This document shows, piece after piece, positions 55,577 to 64,000 of a DNA stretch of 64,000 bases. Made by a program: the position numbers and the translations under genes. Below the pieces are notes generated by a model. It was given only the letters and a program-made list of their open reading frames with translations, had not been told where the DNA came from and searched no databases. This stretch comes from a virus: positions 81,641-145,640 of the IMG/VR virus record IMGVR_UViG_3300023179_000021, one strand, 5' to 3'. Position 1 is the first letter of the stretch. Every line of letters begins with the position of its first letter.

Positions 55577-55643
55577 GTTGTAAAAATGCAACAGTTGCGT
55601 AAAAACAACAGGTCTTGACAAATGGAGCGGGTTGGTCTACAAT
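55577..55643 (+). promoter_or_regulatory. early sigma70 promoter with two boxes
   Basis: GTTG-N8-CAAC at 55577 and 55594; TTGACA-17-TACAAT. Confidence 0.8.
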
Positions 55644-55649
55644 AGAAGC

Positions 55650-55958
55650 ATGAAAAGACGTTCTGATAGAAACTATGTGCTCTACTCGGTGACCTGCTCG
55701 GACACCGGTGACTTTTACATTGGTTTGACCGTGGCTACTGGCCGTGCGTTCCTTCGTTCCGTCAAGGTTCGTTGGCAAAAGCATGTATCGAGAGCCTATC
55801 GTGAAAACAAAGCTTGGGCATTTTGTGATTTCCTTCGGAATAACGCCGAGGCGGATTTTCGCTACGAGGTCATTGAAGTAATCCGTGGCCGTAAAAATGC
55901 CTATCAGCGAGAGCGTGAATTGATTGCTGAATTTGAACCAACATTAAATACATTTTGA
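55650..55958 (+). CDS. GIY-YIG domain protein, probably leaderless
   Basis: VLY...FYIGLT...RWQKH...ERELI...LN; ATG 7 nt after the -10. Confidence 0.75.
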   Translation: MKRRSDRNYVLYSVTCSDTGDFYIGLTVATGRAFLRSVKVRWQKHVSRAYRENKAWAFCDFLRNNAEADFRYEVIEVIRGRKNAYQRERELIAEFEPTLNTF

Positions 55959-55965
55959 GAATAAA

Positions 55966-56211
55966 ATGAGTAGAATAAGTGACTTGCTTCTGGACATACA
56001 AGAAGCTATTTGTGAAGATGCACTGTCTTTTAGTCAGATAGCTGCAAAGTTTAATGTGCCGCTTTCATGGGTTACGGAAGCCGCTAATATGATGGATGAC
56101 ATTGATGATTCCATGGACGGTGACCATGCTTCGGCTTTAGCTTCGGCTGGTTTTGGCACCGATGAAGATTATTTTTATGTAATGGAAAATGATTATGACG
56201 ATTCCTTCTGA
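55966..56211 (+). CDS. acidic protein with HTH-like segment
   Basis: SFSQIAAKFNVPLSWV; DGDHASALASAGFGTDEDY. Confidence 0.6.
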   Translation: MSRISDLLLDIQEAICEDALSFSQIAAKFNVPLSWVTEAANMMDDIDDSMDGDHASALASAGFGTDEDYFYVMENDYDDSF

Positions 56212-56371
56212 GAAGCGTTACTTTGTCAAAACGCTTTACATGGATAAATTTTGTGTGATCGACCGTGCTACTGGTCGTGTTATGAAAACTTTATCGGATC
56301 CTGTTGCAGCTTTTGAATGGCAGGATTATTTTAATGACCTAGATAAGCAAGATATGTGGGAGAAAGCCTAA
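56195..56371 (+). CDS. hypothetical protein
   Basis: Packed ORF. Confidence 0.5.
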   Translation: MTIPSEKRYFVKTLYMDKFCVIDRATGRVMKTLSDPVAAFEWQDYFNDLDKQDMWEKA

Positions 56372-56625
56372 TGCCCGGTTTTATTAATAATTCTTATGAT
56401 CGGAATAATTTAAATTTTCTGTTATGCCTTGACAATCACTCTTTAAAACAGTGGTATAAAGTTTGCAGTGATGATGATTTACTTTATGCTAAAAAACTTT
56501 TGGATGCATATTCTTTGGAAATTGAAGAAGAAACTAAAAAAAATTTAATTGAAGAAACACTAAACAATACAAAATATTTTACTGAAGCAACAGCCGTACT
56601 TTCTTACATAAGGGAAAAACAATGA
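56371..56625 (+). CDS. hypothetical protein
   Basis: DRNNLNFLL...WY...DDLLYA. Confidence 0.55.
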   Translation: MPGFINNSYDRNNLNFLLCLDNHSLKQWYKVCSDDDLLYAKKLLDAYSLEIEEETKKNLIEETLNNTKYFTEATAVLSYIREKQ

Positions 56626-56921
56626 GCTACCGAAACATCCGTACCAATGGTATTGTTGGAGTTTACGAAAACAAGGATTCTATGAATTCGGTAGATTTGC
56701 ATTTTGCTGAGTGGTGGTCTGGCGAGGGCGCCGACTTTACTTTCGACGAAGGTAAAAAACCTATTAGCCTTTCTCTTGAGGAAATGAAGGCTATTGCTAT
56801 TGCTGCCGGCCTGATGAACATGTTTGATTTTGATGAAGTGATTCAGGAGATTTCCGAAATTCGTGCTGAATCATTAAGGCGTCAACGTGAAATTGAAGAA
56901 ATTGCTGCAAGTATGAGATAA
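56622..56921 (+). CDS. hypothetical protein
   Basis: EWWSGEGADF motif. Confidence 0.6.
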   Translation: MSYRNIRTNGIVGVYENKDSMNSVDLHFAEWWSGEGADFTFDEGKKPISLSLEEMKAIAIAAGLMNMFDFDEVIQEISEIRAESLRRQREIEEIAASMR

Positions 56922-56923
56922 AT

Positions 56924-57163
56924 ATGGAACAATTAGAACTTTTTGAAGATAAACAGAATCGCCGTTTTGGTGTTTACCTTGACCACGAAACTGCTGATCG
57001 AATTACGGTGGCCAATTTAAAGAGCTATCGAGACTCAATGATTGAAACTTTAAAAGACCATCGTGAAAATGGATCTTGGCTGCACCCCGAAGATATACCA
57101 CAAATAGAGAGATCAATCGAGGCCATCCGTATCGTTTTAAGAGACTATGGTGAACACAACTAA
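56924..57163 (+). CDS. hypothetical protein
   Basis: ETADRITVANLK...WLHPED. Confidence 0.6.
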   Translation: MEQLELFEDKQNRRFGVYLDHETADRITVANLKSYRDSMIETLKDHRENGSWLHPEDIPQIERSIEAIRIVLRDYGEHN

Positions 57164-57326
57164 AAAACGAAATTTAATTGCAAAGGATTTACGCACTCCT
57201 AAATATCGTATGCGCGTTGCGGCTTCAAAAAAACAATTTGATCGCAATGCCGAGAAACAGAATACACAAAAGGAATTGTCTTATGTTGAAAGGTTGCGAA
57301 AATACAATTTTAGAAAAAACATATGA
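57147..57326 (+). CDS. small basic protein, weakly ArfA-like (59 aa, not in ORF track)
   Basis: KRNLIAKDLRTPKYRMRVAASKKQFDR. Confidence 0.5.
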   Translation: MVNTTKKRNLIAKDLRTPKYRMRVAASKKQFDRNAEKQNTQKELSYVERLRKYNFRKNI

Positions 57327-57687
57327 TGGGTTTTATTTTACACCCGGAGATCATTCGGGAGAAATTGAATTGTCTTTTTTTAAAGTGAAATCGCAAGAAA
57401 TGGGAAACCCAATTGACTTTACCAAACTTGGTGATATGTTCCATGTGGCTTTCTTTCGAAGAGATACAACCGGTCGACCAGAATTTGAAGAAGAATTTGA
57501 GGCTATTTTTGCCGACCCAAAAATCTATGTGCAGAATTTAATTGGATCGGAGATATACGGCACTTTTTTGCGTAAGACCGAAAACTCTGGTAAGTTTTGG
57601 AAAGATTACCTCGATGATGCAAAGAAAAGGTGTAAGATAAACAAGTTAAAATTTCTCGCTGAAGCTATTATTGAAACAAAAAAGTAA
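57283..57687 (+). CDS. hypothetical protein
   Basis: SD AAGGA before ATG 57283. Confidence 0.6.
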   Translation: MLKGCENTILEKTYDGFYFTPGDHSGEIELSFFKVKSQEMGNPIDFTKLGDMFHVAFFRRDTTGRPEFEEEFEAIFADPKIYVQNLIGSEIYGTFLRKTENSGKFWKDYLDDAKKRCKINKLKFLAEAIIETKK

Positions 57688-57705
57688 AGTTATAAGGAAT
57701 ATATC

Positions 57706-58206
57706 ATGCCTAATTGGTGTAACAATACTATCACTATTCGCTCCAACAAAAAAGAGATTGATAGGATTGAAAAATTTTTAAATGAAAATGAAGGTAAAGA
57801 CTGGTTTACCTACTTTCGGCCAATGCCGGAAGCTCTAAAAGAAAACGGTTGGTACGAATGGTCAATCAACAATTGGGGTTGCAAATGGAATTGCGATGCT
57901 CAAGATTGGGTCCGTGAAGACGAAGAAACAATTTCCTTTTGGTATGATTCACCATGGGGGCCTCCCATGACGCTTTATGAATACATGACCGAGTTGGAAT
58001 TTGATGTCCGTGCAATGTATCATGAAGAAGGTATGTGCTTTGTTGGTGAATTTGTCGATGGGTTTAACGACCAATACGAATACAGTGATTTGGAGTCATT
58101 GGAGTACATTCCAGAACATCTAATTGAACAATGGTGTCTAAGAGAAACGCTCGAGTATCGTGAAATTGAAGAGGATTATGAGGATGAAAGCGATGAAATC
58201 AAGTGA
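57706..58206 (+). CDS. DUF1281/YubB-like ferredoxin-fold protein
   Basis: MPNWCNN, WYEWSINNWGCKW, SPWGPP, YHEEGM. Confidence 0.75.
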   Translation: MPNWCNNTITIRSNKKEIDRIEKFLNENEGKDWFTYFRPMPEALKENGWYEWSINNWGCKWNCDAQDWVREDEETISFWYDSPWGPPMTLYEYMTELEFDVRAMYHEEGMCFVGEFVDGFNDQYEYSDLESLEYIPEHLIEQWCLRETLEYREIEEDYEDESDEIK

Positions 58207-58486
58207 ATTTGCAACGCCCGAGGGTAAAGAATGGATTCAAGGTCTATTGAGGACTGAAATCGTTACTGTAACCTTTGAAAAAGTTGATGGATCGACACGG
58301 GAATTACATTGTACACTGATTGAAAGTAAAATTCCCGATGAAATGAAGCCAAAAAACAGTGGAAAGTCAAAAAGCAGTGAAGTAATCGCTGTTTTTGATG
58401 TTGAAAATCATGGCTGGCGTTCGTTTCGTTATGATTCCGTTCGTAGAATTGAATTTTCTTTAGGAAAGAGTATTGAAAATGAGTGA
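58193..58486 (+). CDS. WYL_2/SH3-like protein
   Basis: VTFEKVDGSTRELHCTL...VFDVENHGWRSFR. Confidence 0.75.
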   Translation: MKSSEFATPEGKEWIQGLLRTEIVTVTFEKVDGSTRELHCTLIESKIPDEMKPKNSGKSKSSEVIAVFDVENHGWRSFRYDSVRRIEFSLGKSIENE

Positions 58487-58802
58487 AAAGCGTCTTTTTG
58501 TTGTTGAAACCGTGAATACTTTCTCGGATGTTCATGTTGTTGAAGCAGAAAATGAAGAAATGGCGAAAAAAATTGCTATAAATTCTGATTACAATGCTTC
58601 AAAATGGCTCGGAACTCAAATTTCTAACGTTTATGAGTTTGATGAGCGTGAAATGCCAAGACTTTTAAAGATGGATACATATTTTTTCGATGGATATGCT
58701 GTCGTTGATGAAGAAGGCTATTTGTACTATAAAAAAATGAACGGCGAAGTGAACGGAAACATGCGCCGTGAGAAAATTTTTGAAACTGGGGATAGTGAGT
58801 GA
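58479..58802 (+). CDS. hypothetical protein
   Basis: Coupled ORF. Confidence 0.55.
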   Translation: MSEKRLFVVETVNTFSDVHVVEAENEEMAKKIAINSDYNASKWLGTQISNVYEFDEREMPRLLKMDTYFFDGYAVVDEEGYLYYKKMNGEVNGNMRREKIFETGDSE

Positions 58803-59737
58803 CTTGTATCATTAACGGTGAGCTAAAAATGCCGCCAAGAATGGCAAATTCAAAAGGCGGCACTGAAAATATGGCTAGGCTTTTTATGAAATATGTGCCG
58901 CCAGACAGTTATAAAAATTTTCAAATACATATTTCAAAAGTTTCACAAGAAATCGATCCTACAAAAAAACAAATTTTGTGGGAAATGGATAATCACTGCG
59001 ATCAAGACACTCCGGTCGGTCGATTTTCTTTTGATGAGTACGTTTTCATTTCGGATTGGCAAAGGCGTGAATTTATACGAGAACATAATTTGCCTCCTGA
59101 AAAAACTTCGGTTATTGAAACCATTATAGATTTTGTGCCCGATGAAACAATACAAAAACCGACCGATAAAATTAATTTTGTTTATGCAAGTGTTCCAGAT
59201 CGCGGCCTTGATGTTTTGTATGAAGTTTTCAATCTACTGACACAAAAATACGATAATTTACATTTGACGGTATTTTCTTCATACAAACTTTATGATTGGC
59301 CCGAAGTTGATGAATATTATACTGAACTTTTTGAAAAAATTAAATCACACAAGAATATAACATATCGAGGGTTTGAGCCAAATTACGACGAAGTGATACG
59401 AGCAAAATATAATTCACATTTTTTCGTGTACCCTTGCACTTGGCTCGAAAACTCTGGAATTAGTTTAATTGAATCGTTGGCTTGCGGTTGTGTTTGTGTT
59501 CACACCGACTTTCATGCACATCCAGAAACATCCGAAGGGCGAAGTATTTCTTATTCGATACCTCCAACGATGGAAGATCACATTTATGCTTGTTATGGAA
59601 TTACCGATCAACTTATTCAAAGGTATCTAAGTGAAGTTATAAAATTTCCTTTGCCTTTTCCAAGAGTATTGTACAAACATACTCCAGCGCATCTTATAGA
59701 AAAATGGACACAATTATTTAAACGATTGGATGTATAA
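58799..59737 (+). CDS. GT-B glycosyltransferase
   Basis: GGTE, YASVPDRGL, YPCTWLENSGISLIESLACG. Confidence 0.8.
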   Translation: MTCIINGELKMPPRMANSKGGTENMARLFMKYVPPDSYKNFQIHISKVSQEIDPTKKQILWEMDNHCDQDTPVGRFSFDEYVFISDWQRREFIREHNLPPEKTSVIETIIDFVPDETIQKPTDKINFVYASVPDRGLDVLYEVFNLLTQKYDNLHLTVFSSYKLYDWPEVDEYYTELFEKIKSHKNITYRGFEPNYDEVIRAKYNSHFFVYPCTWLENSGISLIESLACGCVCVHTDFHAHPETSEGRSISYSIPPTMEDHIYACYGITDQLIQRYLSEVIKFPLPFPRVLYKHTPAHLIEKWTQLFKRLDV

Positions 59738-60903
59738 TGACAACTTGGCCATTGATGAAAAATGCCATTACTTGGCGTGATAAACTTGCACTGATTCGTT
59801 TTTTGGTGGCAAGTGATAAATTAACAAATGGACCAAAAGTCCGTGAATTTGAACAACAATGGGCTTACTGGATTGGAAGCAGACACGCTCTAATGGTGAG
59901 TTCCGGTTCGACAGCTAACTTTCTAATGTTAGCGGCCATTAAAGAAAAGTTTGGTTTGAAAAATGGTGATAAAATTGTTGTGCCTGCTTGTACATGGGTG
60001 ACCAATGTAAGTCCAGTCATACAATTGGGATTTCAACCACTTTTTTGTGATATTAATTTAACCAATTATAGCTTCGATATAAATCATTTAAAACAAATAA
60101 GTTTAGTTCATCCTGATGTTCGTGCTATTTTTGTAACGCACTTACTTGGATTTAGTGCAAACAACGAAGGCTATCAAGAAATTTTTCCAGAGGCCTTGAT
60201 TATTGATGATGTTTGCGAAAGCCATGGATGCCGAGCGCCCGATGGCTCTCGCCGAGGTTCAAATAGTTTGGCCGCTAGTTTTAGCTTTTATTATGGCCAC
60301 CACATGACAACCATTGAAGGTGGAATGGTCAACACAAACGATTCAGAACTTTATGAACTGATGCGTATGAAGCGCTCACATGGTTTAGCAAGAGAATCGG
60401 GCAACCTAGAAAAATATACAAAACAATATCCACAACTTCATGAGCAATTTTTGTTTATGACCGACGGGTATAATTTCCGTAGCTCTGAAATCAATGCTGT
60501 AATTGGTCAAAGTCAATTACAACGATTGGATTCTATGATCGAACAAAGAAGAAGAAATTTTAAACGGTTTACACAAATCATTGAAAAAAATTCTGATAAA
60601 TTTCATCCAGTAATTCACCAAGAAACCAACAGTAGTTTTGCTTTACCTTTTATAGCTCATGATCCAAACACGACAAAAATCATGAAACAGTATTTTACAG
60701 AAAATGGTATAGAACATCGACCAATTGTTGGCGGCAATTTACTTCGACAACCTTTTTTAAAGGGCTACAATTTCGCTTGTCCTAGAAAACAGTACAATGT
60801 CGATTTAGTAAATGACCAAGGACTTTACATTGGCAATAATCATTTCGTTACTGATGAAAACATGGATTGGTTAGAAACTATATTGAAAAACTTGCCGCTA
60901 TAG
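59737..60903 (+). CDS. DegT/DnrJ-family PLP enzyme, ColD/E1-type 3-dehydratase
   Basis: SSGSTAN, DDVCESHG; SFYYGHHMTTIEGG has His in place of the Schiff-base Lys. Confidence 0.82.
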   Translation: MTTWPLMKNAITWRDKLALIRFLVASDKLTNGPKVREFEQQWAYWIGSRHALMVSSGSTANFLMLAAIKEKFGLKNGDKIVVPACTWVTNVSPVIQLGFQPLFCDINLTNYSFDINHLKQISLVHPDVRAIFVTHLLGFSANNEGYQEIFPEALIIDDVCESHGCRAPDGSRRGSNSLAASFSFYYGHHMTTIEGGMVNTNDSELYELMRMKRSHGLARESGNLEKYTKQYPQLHEQFLFMTDGYNFRSSEINAVIGQSQLQRLDSMIEQRRRNFKRFTQIIEKNSDKFHPVIHQETNSSFALPFIAHDPNTTKIMKQYFTENGIEHRPIVGGNLLRQPFLKGYNFACPRKQYNVDLVNDQGLYIGNNHFVTDENMDWLETILKNLPL

Positions 60904-60970
60904 CTCAGAGGTCAGCAGCGCCCGGCTCATAACCGGTGGGTCCTTGGTTCAATTCCAAGTGGCGGCACCA
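60894..60970 (+). tRNA. tRNA, anticodon CAT (elongator Met or Ile2), encoded CCA
   Basis: Acceptor GCCGCTA/TGGCGGC; CCGG-ctCATaa-CCGG; GGTTCAATTCC T arm; ACCA end. Confidence 0.9.
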
Positions 60971-60987
60971 ATTTTTAAGTGATAGAC

Positions 60988-61755
60988 ATGAAAATATTAA
61001 TTACTGGTTATAAAGGCTTCATAGGTTCAAACCTATTTAAAAAATTATCAGAGAACCATGAAGTCATAGGTTTTGATTGGGGTGATGAGTTCCCTGATAT
61101 ATGTGGTTTTGATTGGGTAATTCATTTAGGTGCAATAAGTGCCACAACTGAAAGTGACGTTGAAAAAATTATGAAATGTAACTATGATTTTTCAGTTGAA
61201 CTTTTTGATGCTTGTTTTGATTGTCAGGTTAATTTACAATATGCTTCTTCAGCTCAATTGTATGGACTTGGCACAAACTTTAAAGAAGATGCGCCGCCAG
61301 ATCCAAGATCACCATATGCTTGGACAAAATATCTATTTGAACGATATGTCAAACAAAATGAACCACCACATATAACCGTTCAAGGATTTCGTTATTTCAA
61401 TGTATATGGTCCTGGTGAAGAACAAAAAGGTAATCAGGCTAGTCCGTTTACAAAGTTTCGCAAACAAAAAGAAGAACGTGGCTACATTGAAGTTTTTGCA
61501 CCAGCAGGTAAATATAAAAGGGATTTTATTCATGTAAATGATGTGGTCGATTATCATATCAAATTTTTTAATGTAAAAGAAAATGGTATTTGGAACATTG
61601 GCAGTGGTGAAACAAGAAGTTTTTTAGATATAGCCAAAGAAATTGGTGGTGAGATAAGAGAGATTCCTGTACCTGATAATATTCGGCCATTTTATCAAGA
61701 ATGGACCTGTGCCGATATGACAAAAACAAGACAGACATTATCTAAATATAAATAG
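60988..61755 (+). CDS. hldD: ADP-L-glycero-D-manno-heptose 6-epimerase-like
   Basis: GYKGFIG, HLGAISATT, YASSA, YAWTK, GFRYFNVYG, RDFIHV. Confidence 0.8.
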   Translation: MKILITGYKGFIGSNLFKKLSENHEVIGFDWGDEFPDICGFDWVIHLGAISATTESDVEKIMKCNYDFSVELFDACFDCQVNLQYASSAQLYGLGTNFKEDAPPDPRSPYAWTKYLFERYVKQNEPPHITVQGFRYFNVYGPGEEQKGNQASPFTKFRKQKEERGYIEVFAPAGKYKRDFIHVNDVVDYHIKFFNVKENGIWNIGSGETRSFLDIAKEIGGEIREIPVPDNIRPFYQEWTCADMTKTRQTLSKYK

Positions 61756-61819
61756 TAAAATGAACTATATATTGGTTCTCTGTGATTGTTGTGATATGAT
61801 AAACAATCACAGGGGAACC
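61747..61819 (+). promoter_or_regulatory. late promoter TATAAATA followed by a long SD-occluding hairpin
   Basis: GGTTCTCTGTGATTGTT pairs with AACAATCACAGGGGAACC. Confidence 0.65.
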
Positions 61820-61820
61820 T

Positions 61821-63785
61821 ATGAAAAAGATTTTAGTCGCTCTTTTTATAATTGCAGCGGCAGGCTTTGTAAGTGCTCAAACAAATACCAGCACACAAAC
61901 AACTAATGGTGGCACTACCACCAGCACAACAGGTTTAATTAATCAAGGTGGGTATGATGGTGGCAAAAGTTTAGTTGACACCAATTCTACCTCCAATAGT
62001 ACCAGCACTGTAACAACCAATAATAATAGTGTAAGTACAACTAATTCCGTATCCACCAGTACAGTTAACAGTAATTCAGTTAATACAAATAATAACAACA
62101 ACACTAGTACTAGTGTAAATACCAATAACAATATACAAAGTGGTACAGTTACCAACAACAATAACAATAACTTAACTGGTTCAGTAACCTATACTAACAA
62201 CAACAATAACGTTAGTTCTGGTTCAATGACATATAATAATAACAATGTCAATTCAGGAACTCAAACGTTTAACAATAATAACAATAGCACCAGCACCAGT
62301 ACAGTTAATAATATAAATTCTGGTACACAAACTTTTAATAATAATAATGTTATGAGTGGCACTTTAACAAACATTAATCAAAACACATCCACAACTACCA
62401 ATAGAAATGAAAACATAAATTCTGGTACACAAACTTTAAATAATAATATGTCGGGTAGTGTAACCTATACCAATAATAATATAAATTCTGGCACTCAAAC
62501 CTTCAACAACAATAACAACAACACTTCAACCAGTGTTAATACAAATAATAATGTAAACACTGGCACCATGACATACAACAATAACAACAATAGCATATCA
62601 ACTAGTGTTAACACTAATAACAATGTAAATACGGGTACTATGACTTATAATAATGTACAGACTGGTGATATGACTAATCGCAATATTAATCAAACTACGG
62701 CCACCACTAATAATACCAATAATAACATTCAAACTGGTGACATGACAAATCGTAATATCAACACTAGTACCAGCGTTAACACCAACAACAATATTCAAAC
62801 TGGTGATATGACCAATAGAAATATTATCACAAGTACCAATACTAATAATAATATCCAAACCGGGGATATGACTAATCGTAATATCAACACTAGCACCAGC
62901 ACTAACACTAATAATAACATTCAAACAGGTGATATGACCAATCGTAATATAAATCAAACTACGGCCACTACTAATAATACCAACAACAATATTCAAACTG
63001 GTGACATGACCAATCGTAATATTAATCAAACTACAGCTACTTCAAACAGTACAAATACAAATATTCAAACTGGTGACATGACCAATCGTAATATTAATTC
63101 AAGCACTGCAACCACTAGCAATACCAATAATAATATCCAAACCGGGGACATGACCAATCGTAATATTAATCAAACTACAGCTACTTCAAACAGTACAAAT
63201 ACAAATATTCAAACCGGTGATATGACCAATCGTAATATAAATCAAACTACGGCCACTACTAATAATACCAATAATAACATTCAAACTGGTGACATGACAA
63301 ATCGTAACATCAGTACAAGTACCGCAACTTCTAATAATACCAACAACAATAATAATGTTAGTAGTAATGTAAATCAAAATATTCAAACTGGTGATATGAC
63401 CAATCGTAATATAAACGAAACCACTATAACACAAAAAGTAATTCAACCTCCACCAACTGCTATAGCTCCAGCAATGATGTCTGGCGGTAGCCCCGATCTA
63501 TGTACTACAGGAGCAAGTGGAGCATTACAAACTCAATTGTTTGGTATGGCTCTTGGTGGAACAACAAGAGATATGAATTGTGAAAGACTAAAACTTTCTA
63601 AAACTCTTTACGATATGGGAATGAAAGTAGCTGCAGTAGCGACCATGTGTCAAGACAGAAGAGTGTTTGATGCTATGATGATGGCGGGCACTCCTTGTCC
63701 TTATGAGGGGTTAATAGGCGAACAAGCAAGAGAAGCCTGGCTTAAAAATCCTGAAAAAATGCCTAAATTAGTTAACGAAGGTTAA
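61821..63785 (+). CDS. secreted Asn/Thr-rich repeat protein with Cys-containing C-terminal domain
   Basis: Signal peptide (VSA|Q); 11 x QTGDMTNRNI; C-terminal DLCTTG...NCERLKL...MCQD...TPCP. Confidence 0.85.
   Translation: MKKILVALFIIAAAGFVSAQTNTSTQTTNGGTTTSTTGLINQGGYDGGKSLVDTNSTSNSTSTVTTNNNSVSTTNSVSTSTVNSNSVNTNNNNNTSTSVNTNNNIQSGTVTNNNNNNLTGSVTYTNNNNNVSSGSMTYNNNNVNSGTQTFNNNNNSTSTSTVNNINSGTQTFNNNNVMSGTLTNINQNTSTTTNRNENINSGTQTLNNNMSGSVTYTNNNINSGTQTFNNNNNNTSTSVNTNNNVNTGTMTYNNNNNSISTSVNTNNNVNTGTMTYNNVQTGDMTNRNINQTTATTNNTNNNIQTGDMTNRNINTSTSVNTNNNIQTGDMTNRNIITSTNTNNNIQTGDMTNRNINTSTSTNTNNNIQTGDMTNRNINQTTATTNNTNNNIQTGDMTNRNINQTTATSNSTNTNIQTGDMTNRNINSSTATTSNTNNNIQTGDMTNRNINQTTATSNSTNTNIQTGDMTNRNINQTTATTNNTNNNIQTGDMTNRNISTSTATSNNTNNNNNVSSNVNQNIQTGDMTNRNINETTITQKVIQPPPTAIAPAMMSGGSPDLCTTGASGALQTQLFGMALGGTTRDMNCERLKLSKTLYDMGMKVAAVATMCQDRRVFDAMMMAGTPCPYEGLIGEQAREAWLKNPEKMPKLVNEG
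62658..63413 (+). repeat. coding tandem repeat, 11 units (60-72 nt, one of 102 nt)
   Basis: Invariant QTGDMTNRNI core with synonymous codon variation. Confidence 0.9.
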
Positions 63786-63786
63786 T

Positions 63787-64000
63787 ATGAATTTTAAAAA
63801 ATTAGTAGCCTTTGTTTTATTTTTGATAAGTATTCCCCTATGTGCTCAGACAGTTCCATCGTACTCGACTTCTTATTCTCCGCCCACTACTGTTAACTCT
63901 ACTGGAAATCTTGTAAACAATACACAAACTGCTACGCCTTCAACATCAACATGGCAAAATGCTGTATTTCAAAATTCATTAACTTGCTGGGCATGGGGAG
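63787..64000 (+). CDS. secreted protein, 5' part (truncated by window)
   Basis: MNFKKLVAFVLFLISIPLCA|Q signal peptide; Thr/Ser/Asn-rich. Confidence 0.65.
   Translation, partial: MNFKKLVAFVLFLISIPLCAQTVPSYSTSYSPPTTVNSTGNLVNNTQTATPSTSTWQNAVFQNSLTCWAWG

Noticed and set aside
46785-55609. LexA SOS boxes
   Set aside because: Motif is GTTG-N8-CAAC, not CTGT-N8-ACAG
60894-60970. Prophage att site at the tRNA
   Set aside because: No integrase, no duplicated tRNA 3' end and no host genes in the window
62658-63413. CRISPR array
   Set aside because: Units are in-frame coding repeats with synonymous variation and similar, non-unique spacers; no cas genes

Overview
64 kb of a large T4-like (Tevenvirinae-style) myophage genome. 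Essentially all genes are on the + strand. The host is inferred to be Gram-negative, probably a freshwater betaproteobacterium (spanins, betaproteobacterial-type ErpA signature, DUF3563-like gene). Order: replisome (gp45, gp44, gp62, regA, gp43, uvsX, gp40, gp41); a late-promoter region with a ligase-like gene fractured by a naturally split intein around a free-standing homing endonuclease; erpA/iscU; a glycan/methyl/radical-SAM cluster; putative head-packaged proteins with T4-type capsid-targeting N-termini and Glu-delimited modules; a lysis cassette (spanins, GH19 endolysin, holin candidates); primase, thyX, nrdAB; a PlcP/Agt-like lipid-remodelling pair; a gmd cassette bounded by duplications; a SAM lyase; a GC-richer early region whose six sigma70 promoters carry GTTG-N8-CAAC boxes (one preceded by Fur-like boxes); ColD/HldD-like sugar genes; a CAT-anticodon tRNA; and a secreted Asn/Thr repeat protein. 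All family assignments come from motif recognition by eye; no database searches were run.
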